From the human T2T-CHM13v2.0 reference genome, Homo sapiens, in the NCBI RefSeq assembly GCF_009914755.1, contig NC_060930.1: a stretch of 64,000 bases of DNA; one strand, 5' to 3'. Every line of letters starts with the position of its first letter. Position 1 is the stretch's first letter. The translations under genes were made by a program, and so were the position numbers. Positions 35,024 to 50,965 of the stretch are shown here, one piece after another. Below the pieces are notes generated by a model that worked only from the letters and a program-made list of their open reading frames with translations, was not told where the DNA came from and did not search any database.

Positions 35024-35277
35024 TTATGCTGAATCAATTGCTTAAAAATCATGCTTCATTTTACTATACTTGGTTGTTCTTCCCCGAACTTTTAATATAA
35101 CTTTTAGGGTTGGAATTTTACTTGTTTTCATTCTTCTTGTTTAAAATGAAAAATGTATCTCAATGAGTTTAAGCATTCCACTCACTTCATCATGGCTTTA
35201 TTAAAAGGAGTTTCCTTTTCTTCCTGGAAAATGCTCTCTTCCTCAGCCGTAGGTTCTGAAACTTCCCTCCACCTCCA

Positions 35278-35280
<3 letters not shown>

Positions 35281-35343
<63 letters not shown>
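35281..35343. repeat. (TG)~31 microsatellite
   Basis: Uninterrupted TG run. Confidence 0.98.
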
Positions 35344-35345
<2 letters not shown>

Positions 35346-37361
35346 TGACTCTACTACTCACTAGGTCCTATGACTTTGTTTTTCTTGATTTTCTTCCTTA
35401 TTTATTGGAGAAAGTCTTCAAGAAACTTCCAAAGGGTATATAGAATGTAGTACTAATCACTTGAATACCTAAAAATAATCTTTTTCTGTCTTCAGGGTTG
35501 ACAATTTGCTTAGGTATCGAATTCTACATACAAATAACCTTCCCTCACAGTTCTTAGGACATCATTCATTGTCTTTTAGGATCTACTCTTGATACCTGAT
35601 TAAATACCATTCTTGTTTACCTTAAATATCCTTCTGTTTACAGGTGATGTCCTTCCCCCACCATGGATGGATGCATTTACATGATCAAAAATTATACAAG
35701 GTTGTTTCCAGGTAAGGCAAGTTTATTTTCCAAGGATGACAAAACCCAAATACCAAAACATGCCACAATCAGCACAAGAAAGGAAGCCGATTTTGAATGT
35801 AAACGCAAAAATATACTGGTTTAGCCAAACAAATGACACCAAGCTCCCACCAATATTCTAAAATATGAGAGTCAAAAAGACAAAACAACTGTGTTTGCCA
35901 CACAATTCAATTAGCATATATCCTGAAGAGTGACATGAGTCTAAGTTCCCTCATGATTCATTTAGCTTGAGCTTCTCACCACAGGAAGTGTGCCTGGAAG
36001 AGTTTGAGTATGCATTGTTCAAGCAACAGGACCCCTAAAGGCAAGCATTCTGGTGATGAACTGAATATAAAGAAAACTGAATAAAACATATAACAAACAT
36101 GTATTTTTTAATAAGTTAATGTCTTTAGCATATAACAAGCCATGTAAATTTAATATGAAAAAAAGAATGCTCCAAAAGAAAAATGAACTGTTTTATAATT
36201 CACAGAAGAACAAACATAAATGGCCAAAACTTTTTTTTAAATATTTAACATCACTGAGGGAATATAAATTAAATAACCTATTATTCTTCATTGGCAAAGA
36301 TAAAACAGATAAATACTGTGTTGTAATATGTTGGAGAAACAAATATTTATAGCCACTGTAAATAAGAGAATGAACAAAACATTCATAAATCAATTAGGTA
36401 ATATTAATCATAAGTGACCAATTCTGCTGAAACAGTAAGCAAACTTTTAAGGATTATATCCTACGATAATTAATCAATCAAATTATTAAGAACAAGGAAG
36501 CCCATTAAATGTTCGTTATTTATTAAAAGCTAGAAAAAAATCTAAATTTTTATAAGTTTTTAGTCCAAGTCACACAAAAATTATTCCAAATTTTGAATTA
36601 AGACAGCAGTCTTTATTACCAAATCTCTATCATTTTAAACAGAAGATAAAAATTCTCGTCTGGGAATCAATTTGAAAGTTGGTACTAAAAAGGGCTTATT
36701 TCAAATTTCTAAAATACATTAAAATTTACATAATTTACTATTTAAATGTAATCAGCCATGTCCATAATCATGTTAATAACACTCGAAAGCCTTTTGAGAT
36801 TTTGAAATGCAAAAAAAAAAAAAAAAAAAAAACAAGTCAATAGACTAAAAGCAATTAACTCCAGGAAGAGATTTTAAACAATAAACCAATGTATAAATGA
36901 GCAAACACAGCTCACAGCTACAGTATCAAACGATTCAGTGACCACCCAAGTACATAACAGCTCAGAAGGAAAAAATCAGTTTTCTACAACACCTTATGAA
37001 AAAAATTTAAATAAGTGACCACACACATTCTCAATCCATGCTGAGAAAAGTGAAAATAACAGAGAAAAAAATAATCTAAAAATGAAGAAAAAGTAAAAAT
37101 TGCCAAATGGGAATGTAATGTGATTGACAGTATTCAGAAAACTAATGATAGTAAAAGCTGGGGCAAGAAAATCAGGATTACTTGGAGAAAGGAAATCAGC
37201 ATTAAAGAAAAGAATTACATACAAAAAAAAATGAAAAAATACAGAAAGGAAAGAAATACAGAAACTTGTATCTAATAATTAAACTCTTCATGTAAAACAC
37301 TGAAAATAAATATTTAAAGATGGATCATAAAGTACAGACAATTTTGAAATAAAGACTGAAA

Positions 37362-37635
37362 AGCCAGGTGTGGTGGCACACATCTGTAATCCCAGCTGCT
37401 CAGAAGGCTGATGCAGGAGGATCACTTGAGGCCAAGAGTTGAAGACCAGCCTGAGCAATACAGTGAGCTCCCATCTCTAAAATAATTTATTTCGTGTTAG
37501 CTGAGTGTGTTGGCACATGCTTGTAGTCCCATTTACTCGGGAGGGTAAGGGAGGAAGATCACTTGAGCCAAGGAGTTTGAGGCTGCAGTGAGCTATCATC
37601 ATGGCAGTGCACTCCAAAATAGGTAACAGAGACTT
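37362..37635 (+). mobile_element. AluJ (degenerate, tail lost)
   Basis: ggagtttgaggctgcagtgagctat is AluJ-type. Confidence 0.88.
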
Positions 37636-37639
37636 CATT

Positions 37640-39930
37640 AATACTGGAGCCAAGACCTGCTGCTTGTAACCCCCTCACGACCGAGAGTCGGCACTCCATG
37701 CCCCTTCCTAGTGATACTACCTCTGCAACCAGCAGAGCCGCTGTGCCCAGTGTATTCCATCCCAGACCTGAGAATCAACCTACCCCGTGGCTCCTACTCC
37801 CAGGAAAGCTGCACGACAGCAACAACAAATACCCACAGCCTGGGCCACAAAGCCAATCACAGACACCATTGATATCAAATAGAGCTGAAGAAATCACTGG
37901 AAATTCATACTACCACTACTGCACTAACTCAGAACCAAAAATCAAAGCCTACTCAACCAACATGATAGGACACAACTAGCAGGAAAAATGTTATCCCTAA
38001 TTAACAAAATTAACATAAAATCTGAAGAGCTGATTGTCCCACTAGATTTACAGAAACCAAGGTAAAGACATAAGAAACATGAAAAAGCCAGAAAATATGA
38101 AACTGCCAAAGGAAGACAATAATCATCAGTGACAGACCCTAATGAAAAAGATAACTATGATATGCCTGAAAAAGAATTCAAAATAATGATCCTTACAAAA
38201 CTCAATGAGATACAAGGGAATACACAGACAATTCAACCCAATCAAGAAAACAGTATGTGATCTACAAGAAAAATTATATGAAGTGATAAATATCGGGGAA
38301 AAAAATCTTGGAGTTAAAGAATTCAATGAATGAAATTTTTAAAAATGTAGTACAATTGAGAGCACTAACAATAAACTAGATGAAGCAGAAGAAAAAAAAT
38401 CTACATTAGAAGGCAGATCTTCTGAATTAATCTAGTCAGACAAAAAAGAAAGGAAAAAAAGAATGAAGAAAGCCTACAGAAATTATGGGAAATTATTAAG
38501 CAAACCACAGCCACATTACAGAAGTCCCAAAAGGAGAAGATACAGGAAAGGGCACAGAAAACATGTTTAATGAAATAATAGCTGAGAAGTCTGGGGAAAG
38601 ATATGGACATCCAGATTCATAAAGCTTAAAGGCCAAATAGACTGAACCCAAAAATATCTTCTCTGAAGCAGAATATAGTCAAACTGTCAAAAGTCAAAGC
38701 CAGAATTCTAAAAACAAGCAAGACAAGTGTCAAGTCACATATAAGGGAATCCCCACTAGACTAACAGGATTTCTCAGGAGAAATCATGCAGTCCAGAGAG
38801 ACTAAGATGATACATTGAAAGCGATGAAAAGTGTGGGGGGATGGGGGTAATGGTAGCCAAGAATATCATACACAGCAAGGCTATCCTTCAGAGATGAAAG
38901 AGAAATATACACATTCCCAGACTAGAAAACTGAGGAAATTCATCATGACTAGACCGAACTTACAAGAAATGCTTAAGGAAGTAAAAGGATGGTAACTACC
39001 ATCTGGAAGTAAAAGGATGGTAACTACCATCTGGAAGTAAAAGGATGGTAACTACCATCATGAAAACACACAAAGTATAAAACTCACTGATACAGCAGAT
39101 ACCTATGAGAAAGTGAAAGAAATCAAAGCTTATCACTGCAAAAAGAAACCCACGAAACTGTAAAAAAAATTAATAAAGGAACGAAGTATATATAAAACAA
39201 CCAGAAAACAATTAACAAAATGATAAGAGTAAGCCCTTACTTGTAAATAATAACTTTAAATAGAAAGTTTTAATTCACCAATTAAAAGATAGGCTGGATA
39301 AATAAACTGAATAAATTATTTTGAAAAAGATGCAAACACACTACCTACAAGAAGCTCACTTCAGCTGTAAAGACACACATAGACTGAAAGTGAAAAGATG
39401 CCAAAGGTATGCCATGCAAATGGAAATTCAAAATGAGCAGCAGTAGCTATATTTATATCAGCTAAGACAAGCTTTAAGTCAAAATAGTAAAAAGAGACAA
39501 TGAAGGTCATTACGTAATGATAAATGGATCAAAACTGCAAGAGGATATAACAGTTGTAAATATATTTGTACCTAACACAGGAACACCTGATATATATTTT
39601 AAAATTATTATACCTAACGAGAGAAACAGACTCCAATACATGTATGAGCCTGGAGGATATTATGTTAAGGGAAATAAGATAGGCAAAGAAAAATAAGTAC
39701 CACATGTTCTCACTCACATGTGGAAGCTAAAAAATTTGATCTCACAGAAGTAGGGCATAGAATAGTAGTTATTAGAGACTAGGGAGGGCAGAGAGATTAC
39801 AAGGTAGGACAACTTTGGTTAAAGGATATAAAACTATTCTAATTTGATCATTACACATTGTATTTAAATATTGCTCAATGCCCCATAGATACAATTATTA
39901 TGTGTTAATGAAAAATAAAATAAAAAGCCA
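37640..39930 (+). mobile_element. L1MA-like element: ORF1 and EN start joined directly to the 3' end
   Basis: ORF1-like 38050-38980, EN-like 39220-39640, then 3'-end sequence (gagcctggaggatattatgttaag...caccacatgttctcactca). Confidence 0.8.
38977..39059. repeat. 28-bp tandem triplication with an internal hairpin
   Basis: ggaagtaaaaggatggtaactaccatct x3. Confidence 0.96.
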
Positions 39931-39991
39931 AAATGTAAAGAGACCTAAATAAAAATAAAGTTTCTACATTTCCTTAGAAAAATAAAATGAT

Positions 39992-40300
39992 GGCCAGGCA
40001 TGGTGGCTCATGCCTGTAATCCCAGCACTTTGGGAGGCCGAGGCAGGTGAATCACAAGGTCAGGAGTCCAAGACCAACCTGACCAACATGATGAAACCCC
40101 ATCTCTACTAAAACTACAAAAGTTAGCCAGGTGTAGCGGTGCGCGTCTGTAATCCCAGCTACTCAGGAGGCTGAGGCAAGACAATCACTTGAACCCAGGA
40201 GGCGGAGGCTGCAGTGAGCCGACATCACGCAACTGCACTCCAGCCTGGGCGACAGAGCAAGATTCCGCCTCAAAAAAAAAATAAAATAAAATAAAATATA
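39992..40300 (+). mobile_element. AluS
   Basis: Full dimer; ataaaatgat TSD. Confidence 0.95.
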
Positions 40301-40406
40301 AAATGATGACATCAGTAGACTAGAATAAGTCACATGTATGTATACCCTAAGCAACTACTAGGAAAATTATACAAAATATAGTCAAAAATACTATATATTT
40401 TAATCT

Positions 40407-40751
<345 letters not shown>

Positions 40752-41244
40752 CTAGTATACACAGGAAGGCAAAAAGAAAGAATGAGAGAAATGAGAAATA
40801 GAGGAAAATAAACAGAAAACAATAAATAAAATGGAAGAAAAGCTGTAACATATTCATAATTAAATGAAAATTGTTGAAATATACCATTTAAAGGGGCAAA
40901 GTTGGGCAGAGTACATAAAAACACGTGAAGGTAATCCTTTGAAAGCAAAAGAGTGAAAAATATATAACATGGAATATTAATAGAAAGCAGAAGGAGCTGT
41001 ATTAATATCAGATAAGGTGAATTTCAGAGCAAAGAAAATTACTAAACATGAGAAAAGATATTATATAATGATCAAAGGAGCAATCTACTAGGAAGACATA
41101 GGAATCCTGTAAATACAAACAACCAAAAACAGAGTCTCGAATACATAAAGCAAAACTGATAGAGCTGGAAAAAAAATTGATATATCCACAACTATACATG
41201 GGGATTTCAAAAGCCCTATCTCAACAATTGATGAAAGTACTAGT

Positions 41245-41538
<294 letters not shown>

Positions 41539-42141
41539 GTACTAGTGAGAAAATCATCAAGAATATAGAAAATCTGAACAACACACTCAACAAAATCAAA
41601 TTAAAACATACAAATACTACACCAGAAAAAAGTACCCATTGAATATTCACTAAGATAGACCACGTCCTGAGCCATGAAACAAATCTCAACATATTTCAAA
41701 GAGTTAAATCAATATAGAACATGTTATCTAACCATAATTGAATCAAACTATTAATCAATAACAGAAAGATAATGAGAAAATCTCTAAGCACACTTCTAAA
41801 TAATCCATGGGTCAAAGAAGTTACAAAGAAAGTCTAAAACTCATAAAACTGAATGAAAATAAAAAGACAACACACCAAAATATGTTTGATGCAGCTAAAA
41901 TCAAGAGGAAAAAGAAACTCATATCACTACATGCTTACATTAGAAAAAAAAGTCTTAAATAAATGATCTAAGTTCTTATCTCAAGAAAGTAGAAAAAAAG
42001 CAAATAAACCTAAGCAGGTAGATGGAAGGAAATCATAAAGATAAGACACAGAATTTAAAGTAGGAAAATAGTAGAGAAAATCCATAAAAGAACTGGTTCT
42101 TTGAAAACAGATGAATAAAATAGATAAACCTACAGGAAGAA

Positions 42142-42240
42142 TAACAAAAATAGAGAAAAGACACAAATCACAAACGCCAGGAATGAAAAACTAACAAAAA
42201 TAGAGAAAAGACACAAATCACAAACACCAGGAATGAAAAA
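42142..42240. repeat. 50-bp tandem duplication in old L1
   Basis: taacaaaaatagagaaaagacacaaatcacaaacRccaggaatgaaaaa x2. Confidence 0.95.
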
Positions 42241-42556
42241 AACGACATTACCACAAATCCTGCATCTACTAAAAGATTAAAAAGGGAATACTACAAACAA
42301 CTTTAGACTTACGAATCTGACAAGTTAGAAGAAACAAGCCAATTCCTTGAAAACCACACAGTACCAAAATACAACCAGTGTGAAATGGATAATATGAACT
42401 GTCCTATAACAATGTTAAAAATTGAATTCATAATTTTATAGCTCCCCCCAATTCCAAAACAATTATCTAGGCCTAATTGGTTTAAGTGGAGAATTCAAAA
42501 TTCTCTAGGCCTAACTGGTTGGGTGGAGAATTCAAGTAAACTTTTAAAAAAGAATT

Positions 42557-42865
42557 GCCAGGCGCAGCAGCTCACGCCTGTAATCCCAGCACTTTGGGAG
42601 GCCGAGGTGGGTGGAACACGAGGTCAGGAGTTTGAGACAAGCCTGGCCAACATAGTGAAACCCTGTCTCCATTAAAACTAAAAAAATTAGCTGGGTGTGG
42701 TGGCACGTGCCCGTAGTCCCAGCTATTTGGGAGGCTGACGCAGGAGAATCGCTTGAACCTGGGAGGCAGAGGTTTCAGTGAGCCGAGACCATGCCATTGC
42801 ACTCCAGCCTGGGTGACCGAGAGAGAGACTCTGTCTCAAAAAAAAAAAAAAAAAAAAAAAAAAAA
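42557..42865 (+). mobile_element. AluS
   Basis: Full dimer, long A tail, TSD aaaaaagaatt. Confidence 0.95.
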
Positions 42866-43521
42866 GAATTACACCCATTTTCACAATCTATTAAAAAAAA
42901 GATGAGAAAATGCTTCCCATTTTATCAGGCAAATATAAACTGAAACTAAAACCAGACAGAAAAAGATTATTGCAGACCATCTTCTCTCACAAATACAGAC
43001 ATAAAATACCTACACAAAAATTAGCATATCAAATTCAACCATATATAAAAATAATTACATATCCTAAAAAAGTGGGAGTTATTCCACATGTGCAACACGG
43101 TTCAACATTCAAAAATAAAGCAATGCAAACAATCACATCAACAAGCTAAAGAAGAAAAATAGTATGAACATATCAATTGAGGCAGAAAAAAAAATCTGAC
43201 AAAATCCAACATTATTTCATCAAGGGAAACTTTCCCAACAACCAAAAAATGACAGCTAAAATTATTCATAATGATAGAAGACTAAATGCTTTACCTCTAA
43301 AATTAGTAACAAGGCAAAGATATCCACTCTCCCCACTCTTTCTCAACATACTACTTACTGGAAGTTCTAGCTAGTACACCACCATAAGAAAAAGAAATAA
43401 AAAGCACACATATTGGAAACAAACAAAATATAACTGTTCCTACTTGCTAATGACATTACTGTCTGCATAGAAAATCACAAAGAATCTACAAAAGCCTCCT
43501 GGAAAAAAATAACAGAGTGAA

Positions 43522-44185
43522 CCCTAGAAGAAAACCTAGGCCATACCATTCAGGACACAGGCATGGGCAAGACACTGTTGGTGGGAGTTCAACCATTGTG
43601 GAAGATAGTGTGGCGATTCCTCAAGGATCTAGAACTGGAAATACCATTTGACCCAGCAATCCCATTACTGGGTATATACCCAAAGGATTATAAATCATGC
43701 TACTATAAAGACACATGCACACGTATGTTTACTGCAGCACTATTCACAATAGCAAAGACTTGGAATCAACCCAAATGTCCATCAATGATAGACTGGATTA
43801 AGAAAATATGGCACAAATACACCATAGAATACTATGCAGCCATAAAAAATGATGAGTTCATGTCCTTTGTAGGGACATGGATAAAGCTGGAAACTATTAT
43901 TCTGAGCAAACTATCACAAGGACAGAAAACCAAACACTGCATGTTCTCACTCATAGGTGGGAACTGAACAATGAGAACACTTGGACACAGGGTGGGAAAC
44001 ATCATACACCAGGGCCTGTCATGGGGTGGGGGCATGCGGGAGGGATAGCATTAGGAGAAATCTAATGTAAATGACGAGTTAATGGGTGCAGCAAACCAAC
44101 ATGGCACTTGTATATATATGTAACACACCTGCACGTTGTGCACATGTACCCTAGAACTTAAAGTATAATATAAAATATAATAATA
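43522..44185 (+). mobile_element. 5'-truncated L1PA (PA5-7-like) with an internal skip, inserted in the older L1
   Basis: ORF2 C-terminus (ORF 43563..43967), 3'UTR and A-rich tail. TSD agagtgaa at 43514-43521 and 44186-44193. Confidence 0.92.
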
Positions 44186-47100
44186 AGAGTGAAATAGTTA
44201 CAGGATACAAGATTGACACACAAAAATCAAGCTGTTTATAAATGCTAACAATTAACATGTGAAAACAGAAATTAAAATACTCCAAAGAAATTATAATTAC
44301 TCCTAAGACAATTACTTAACAAAACATAAACAAGAGTTATATACTCAAAAGTATAAAATGTTGATGAAAGAAATCAGACAACCTAAATAAATGGAGACAC
44401 AGTTTATGTTCATAGATTAGAAGACTCAACATACTGAAGATATTAATTTTCCCTAAATTGATATATAAGTTTAATTTAATTCCTATTATAATCCCATCAA
44501 GGTTTTTTCTTTTTGTAGACATAGGGAAGCTTATTCTAATTTGTAGTGCTTTTCTCACTTCATGGTCACAATAATTTAAGAAAATAATAATTTGTAGAAC
44601 AGCTACTTCTAGAACAGCTAAAACAATCTTATAAAAGAAGAACAAATGAAAGGACTCACTCTACTTAATATTAAAGTCTACATATAACTACAACAATAAA
44701 TACAGTGTGGTACTGTAGATGGACAAAAACATAGATCAATAGAACAGAATACAGAACGCAGAAATGGACCAAGCAAATAATGGCTCACAGATTTTTTAGA
44801 AGCTTAAAAGTATAATTCAATATAGGAAATATAACCTTTTCAACAAATAGTGATGGAGCATTTGGACATTCATAGGCAAAAAAATAAACTTCCACTTAAA
44901 CCTCACAGCATATATAAAAACTAAAAAATGTATCACAGGTCTAAATATAAAACATAAAACTTAAAAAAAAAGTAGAAGAAAATCTTTAGAATCTAAGGCT
45001 AGGATTGACATCAAAAGCAAGATCCCTAACATTAGATACATTGCACCTCATCAAAATTAAAAACTTTTGCTATGCAAAAGAGCCTGTTAAGAGGATGAAC
45101 AGATAAACTACAAACCGTAAGGAAAACACTCAACGCTTGACAGTAAAACTACAAACAATCCAATTAGAAAATGACAGAAGGCAGGAATGGACATTTCATG
45201 GAAGATGACATACAGATGGCAAATAAGCACACAAAATGGTGTTCAACATATTAGCCAACAAGGAAATGCAAATGTAAACCACAGGAGATTATCACTACAG
45301 GACCATCAGAATGGCTAAAATTTAAAAACAGTGACAACAACAAAGACTGATAAGAATATGGAGAAAGTGAATCATTCATACATTTCTGATGACAATGTAA
45401 AATTGTACAGATACTCTGGAAAACAGTTTATCAGTTTCTTTAAAAAATTAAACACACAATTACCATAATGACACAGCAATTATGCTCTTGGGCATTTATT
45501 CCAGAGAAATGAAAACATGTGTTCACGCAAAATTCTGTATATAAATGTTCACAGAAGCTTTATTTTTAATAGCCCAAAACTGGAGACAACTCAGATGTCC
45601 TTCAATGGGTGACTATTAAAGAAACTGGTACATCCACACCATGGAATACTCTTATCAATAAAGAGCTAATAACTACTAATGAATGCAACAACATGGATGA
45701 ATCTTCATGGAATTATGTTTGAGTAAAAAAGATCAATACCAAATATTACATATTGTAATCCATCCATTTAACATTCTTAAAATGTCAAAACAATAGAAAG
45801 AAAGAACAAATCAGTGGTTGCCATGGGATAGGGAAAGAGGTAGAGAATATGAGAGAAGAGTTGGTTGAGGCTATAAAAGGGGAAGCAACACAAGGAATTT
45901 CATGGTAATAGAACTGTTATGTGTCTTGACTGGTGTAGTAGATACATGAAACCGTATGTGAGAAAAAAAGAACTAAACACTAAACAAACACACAAGTTCA
46001 AGTGCAGAAATCTTCACAAAATCAATGGATGTTATCAATGTTAATATTCTAATTTTAATAGTGTACTATAATTTTACAACCTCTTACCATTGGGGGTAAC
46101 TAGATAAAGGATACACAGGATCTGTCTGTATTATTACTTGCAACTACCTTTGAATCTACAATTATCTCAAAATAAAAAGTTTAATTTTAAATAACTAAAA
46201 TGAAGAAACAGAAATGATACCATATACTATTGTAAAAGTTCAGTAAGGTGTGCCATACTAAATTCGTATGTACCTAGAAATTCCAATCTAAAATTTCAGA
46301 TTCCCAGAATTAAAACATCAATTATAGAACTTTTTTCTAACTATATAAATCATACCCTACAAAGCCCCTAAATTTTATATTTAATAATGAAATTTTTTCT
46401 TAATCTGATATATATCTTCTCAATTAATCTTACCCTCTTATAACAGATAAACTAAAGCTAAGTTGCAAGCTCTATCAAATCCTAGCAAATTCTGAATGAG
46501 TAAAGTCTAAAATTACCAAATATTTAAATTTAACTTCAAGGATACATTTACTGTAATTATCACATCATGATGTAAATTATTGCAAATATAAGTATAATCA
46601 AAGCTAGAGCTCTACTTACGAATTTACTATGAAGCACTAAATTACTAGTTTATTTTAAATTCCTCAATTTAAAACATTAATATAATCTTAATCTAACAAT
46701 GTTAAATTACAAGTAGAATACTAAAAATGATAGAAATACTTAACCAACAGTAAATTACACCAACAAGCCTTAATAAAATATATCTAATATCTTAATATAT
46801 ATTAAATATACATATTAAATATAAAATATATCATAATGTACCAAAAACAAATCATTTGAAAAAAAATTCCATAAAGAACCAAAGGCAATATATTTTCAGT
46901 TAGAATTCACTCACAGGATTGAAAGACAAACATAATATATATATATACATATAAATGTAAATGTCATTAAAACTAATATCATTCTTACCACTCACTATAC
47001 AGGTTTTCCTGTTCCCATTGTATTGTCTATTTAAAGATGTTCTCATTACCCATATGTAAGTACTCCCTCTAAAATGCATAAAAATCTCTCAATGGGATTG

Positions 47101-47352
47101 TTAAAAGATCTACAGTACTTCATGGTTTGAGCAGAACAAACTATGACATGCTGAAAGAATGTTTCTCACTGTGTGGTTCTGTCACCACCTACATACTGAG
47201 TTTACTATTTTAAATAAATGGTAGTGACACTTCACAGTGTACAGCATTTTAGTATCAATACATCTTCAAAAAAATTTAAATCTCTATATATTACCATCAT
47301 TTGACAAAAGGATGAATAGGCAAGCAAGAGTTCATTCAAAACTATACCCAAC

Positions 47353-47629
<277 letters not shown>

Positions 47630-47796
47630 TTATTAACTATTAGTCAAGGTAAGATAATTTTTCATTTATTATAATATCTATCATTGCCACTATAATAAAT
47701 TTTGACACAGAAATAAAAGTTATCATTATGTGTATTTCTGAACACATAAAAGGTCCCATACATTTAAGTTATTAAACTTCTAAAAATATACAATCT

Positions 47797-48092
<296 letters not shown>

Positions 48093-49253
48093 AGACAATA
48101 AAAATATACAATCTATACTGTCAGACAGGATTTTTACGTTCTTCACTAACAAGGACAAAAGAACATTTAGGCAAATACAGCTACTTCATTTAATCGACAT
48201 TTTGTGAACTATCTTATATGCCTTAATTTTCAATATTAAGAATCAACACCAAATCTTTACAGATAGCTACTGTATCATAATCAATATTGGCCCCAGCTAA
48301 ATCTATACAAAATTTCTTATAAAAATTAATATTTTTGACCATTCCACATATGGAGAGAGATTAACTGGTTGGATTACTACTTTCTTCCACTATCTTCTTC
48401 CTCATCACTGAATAGATGGTATGCTAGTATGTTTTTTGGCAACCCTGCAAGTATCTTGGAGGTTTGTTTCAAGTCTTTTATTAAGTGTATATAACAATAA
48501 TCCACTTTTTAACAGAGTCTGCTGTAGAATAAAACATACAATTTAGTATATTTCTGTCTCATCACATTATTAAATACATACAAAAATCTCTTTTATACCC
48601 ACAGATCAAGCACAATCCCAAAAGACCTGAAGAAATAACAGCCTTCCACATGGTTGTAGTAATTTATCAATGAAACTAAAATACACCACTAAAACATTCC
48701 CTACTCTACATAACAAGCAATAAACATGGAGCCAACTGTTTAGTACAATGACAAAGAGGGCATAAATTTGTTAAGGAGAAAAAAAATTAACCTAAACACT
48801 GTCATCTTCACAAGACATATACACCAATGCAATCCTCAGATATGTAAGAATAAGTCATACATTATATTAAGCACTTACAATGTGTCAAGTAGTGTGCCCT
48901 TTACATTTATCAGTGAATTTAATCCTCTTGATAATCCTATAATTTTACAGCAGATATATGAAGTCCAGGAAATGGTGATATTTTTCAGTTGGGTATATTA
49001 AAACTCTAAGTTTTATTTCAGAAAAGTATTCCTATTTTAAGGCAGCTAAATTGTTTTGCTTTCTGCCACCAGGGGATGTACACTATACAATATGACTCTA
49101 AGCATACAATATATATTTGTATGTGTGTATGTTTGAGTGTGTGTGTGTGTATAACGTTTACTCAAATACAGAAAAAAATTAAATTTTAAGCCTGCATGAT
49201 GACTGACTGTGGTATTGTGCTGTGCTGGTAAAATAGGCTTATTAAATTGTCAT

Positions 49254-49798
<545 letters not shown>

Positions 49799-49829
49799 TA
49801 TATATATATTTAAATATATACTAAATATA

Positions 49830-49940
49830 TATATTTAGTAGAGAAAAGGTTTTGCTATTCTCAAACTCCTGAGCTCAAGGGATCATCCTGCTTCAGCCTC
49901 CCAAAATGCTGGATTACAGGATGAGCCACAATGCCCAGCC
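49830..49940 (-). mobile_element. Alu left-monomer fragment
   Basis: ctcaaactcctgagctcaagggatc...gagccacaatgcccagcc. Confidence 0.8.
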
Positions 49941-50965
49941 AAAATTATCAAATTTTTAACCTATTTAATGATAGTTAGTATATGAAATAATACTAAAATA
50001 AATTCCATGATTGAAGGAAACTAGAATATGTTTATAAGAGAAAAATTTCTGGAATTAAAATAATTATGAAAAATTATTTATATTAGATATCTTTTGAAAA
50101 ACATATTCTACCTCAGACATTTTCAACATTAGTAATATGTTAATTAGTTTGATGATTCCTTAACTCTGTGATGTTTATGTGCTTATGCCTTCACAATTAT
50201 GTTTAACTTATTTAACTTAACTGTAGATTTCAGCTTTAAAAATAATCATAAAACTAGATACTGCTCATAAAAAATAAAATTCATGCAATTTCAGTTATTA
50301 GCTTTTCCCACTAGTTTTAAACTATTTCCAGGCTCCCTCCAAAAAAGACTATTTATACTTGGACTTCCTTTTCCATTTTATGTTTCAGATTAGGAACCTA
50401 ACACATAATATTAAACAAAAGGTTACCTGGACACCTGTTGCATTCCTAGATCACAACTGGTTTCCCAGTGAGACAGGACACCCAACCCACCAGGCAGCTT
50501 TATGCCATGAACAATAAGATTCAAAGGTAGAGAATAATAAGAAAAGGTCCAAAACACAGGTACCAATCACTTCAATGATTAAATTATTCCTTAATTTAAC
50601 ATTGTGTCTGGCCTGACTAAAAACACACTAAGCCCATTAAGGCAATATAGCTAATGTTTTCAGATGATACAGTAAAGCTTGCTGAGAGTGAGGAATATAT
50701 TAAAAATAAAACAAAATGAAACTTTTATATTTTAATTTTTATCAAGATAATAAGAATGGCGAAGAAAACAAGCAAAAAAAAAACTACACTCAAAGTACAT
50801 AATGATCTGTTGCCAATATGAAAACATACAGAGCAATGCTATGGCAATATCACACTGTGAAGGTGTAACTTCTACAGGTGAATCATTTTCTATCTGCTCC
50901 TCAAGTGCAATCAGTAAGTGAAGCCAAAAATGTCTGCTTTTATTATTTTCTGCTTACCTTTTACA

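Noticed and set aside
38977-39059. CRISPR-like palindromic 28-bp repeats
   Set aside because: Units are contiguous with no spacers, lie inside an L1, and the DNA is eukaryotic.
46989-47068. 80-nt minus-strand exon-like segment with a gtaaga donor
   Set aside because: Frameshifting length, unrecognised peptide, no independent support.
48370-48510. Short minus-strand frame ending ...LAYHLFSDEEEDSGRK*
   Set aside because: About 40 aa with an upstream stop, no start codon, TSD or poly(A); no recognisable parent protein.
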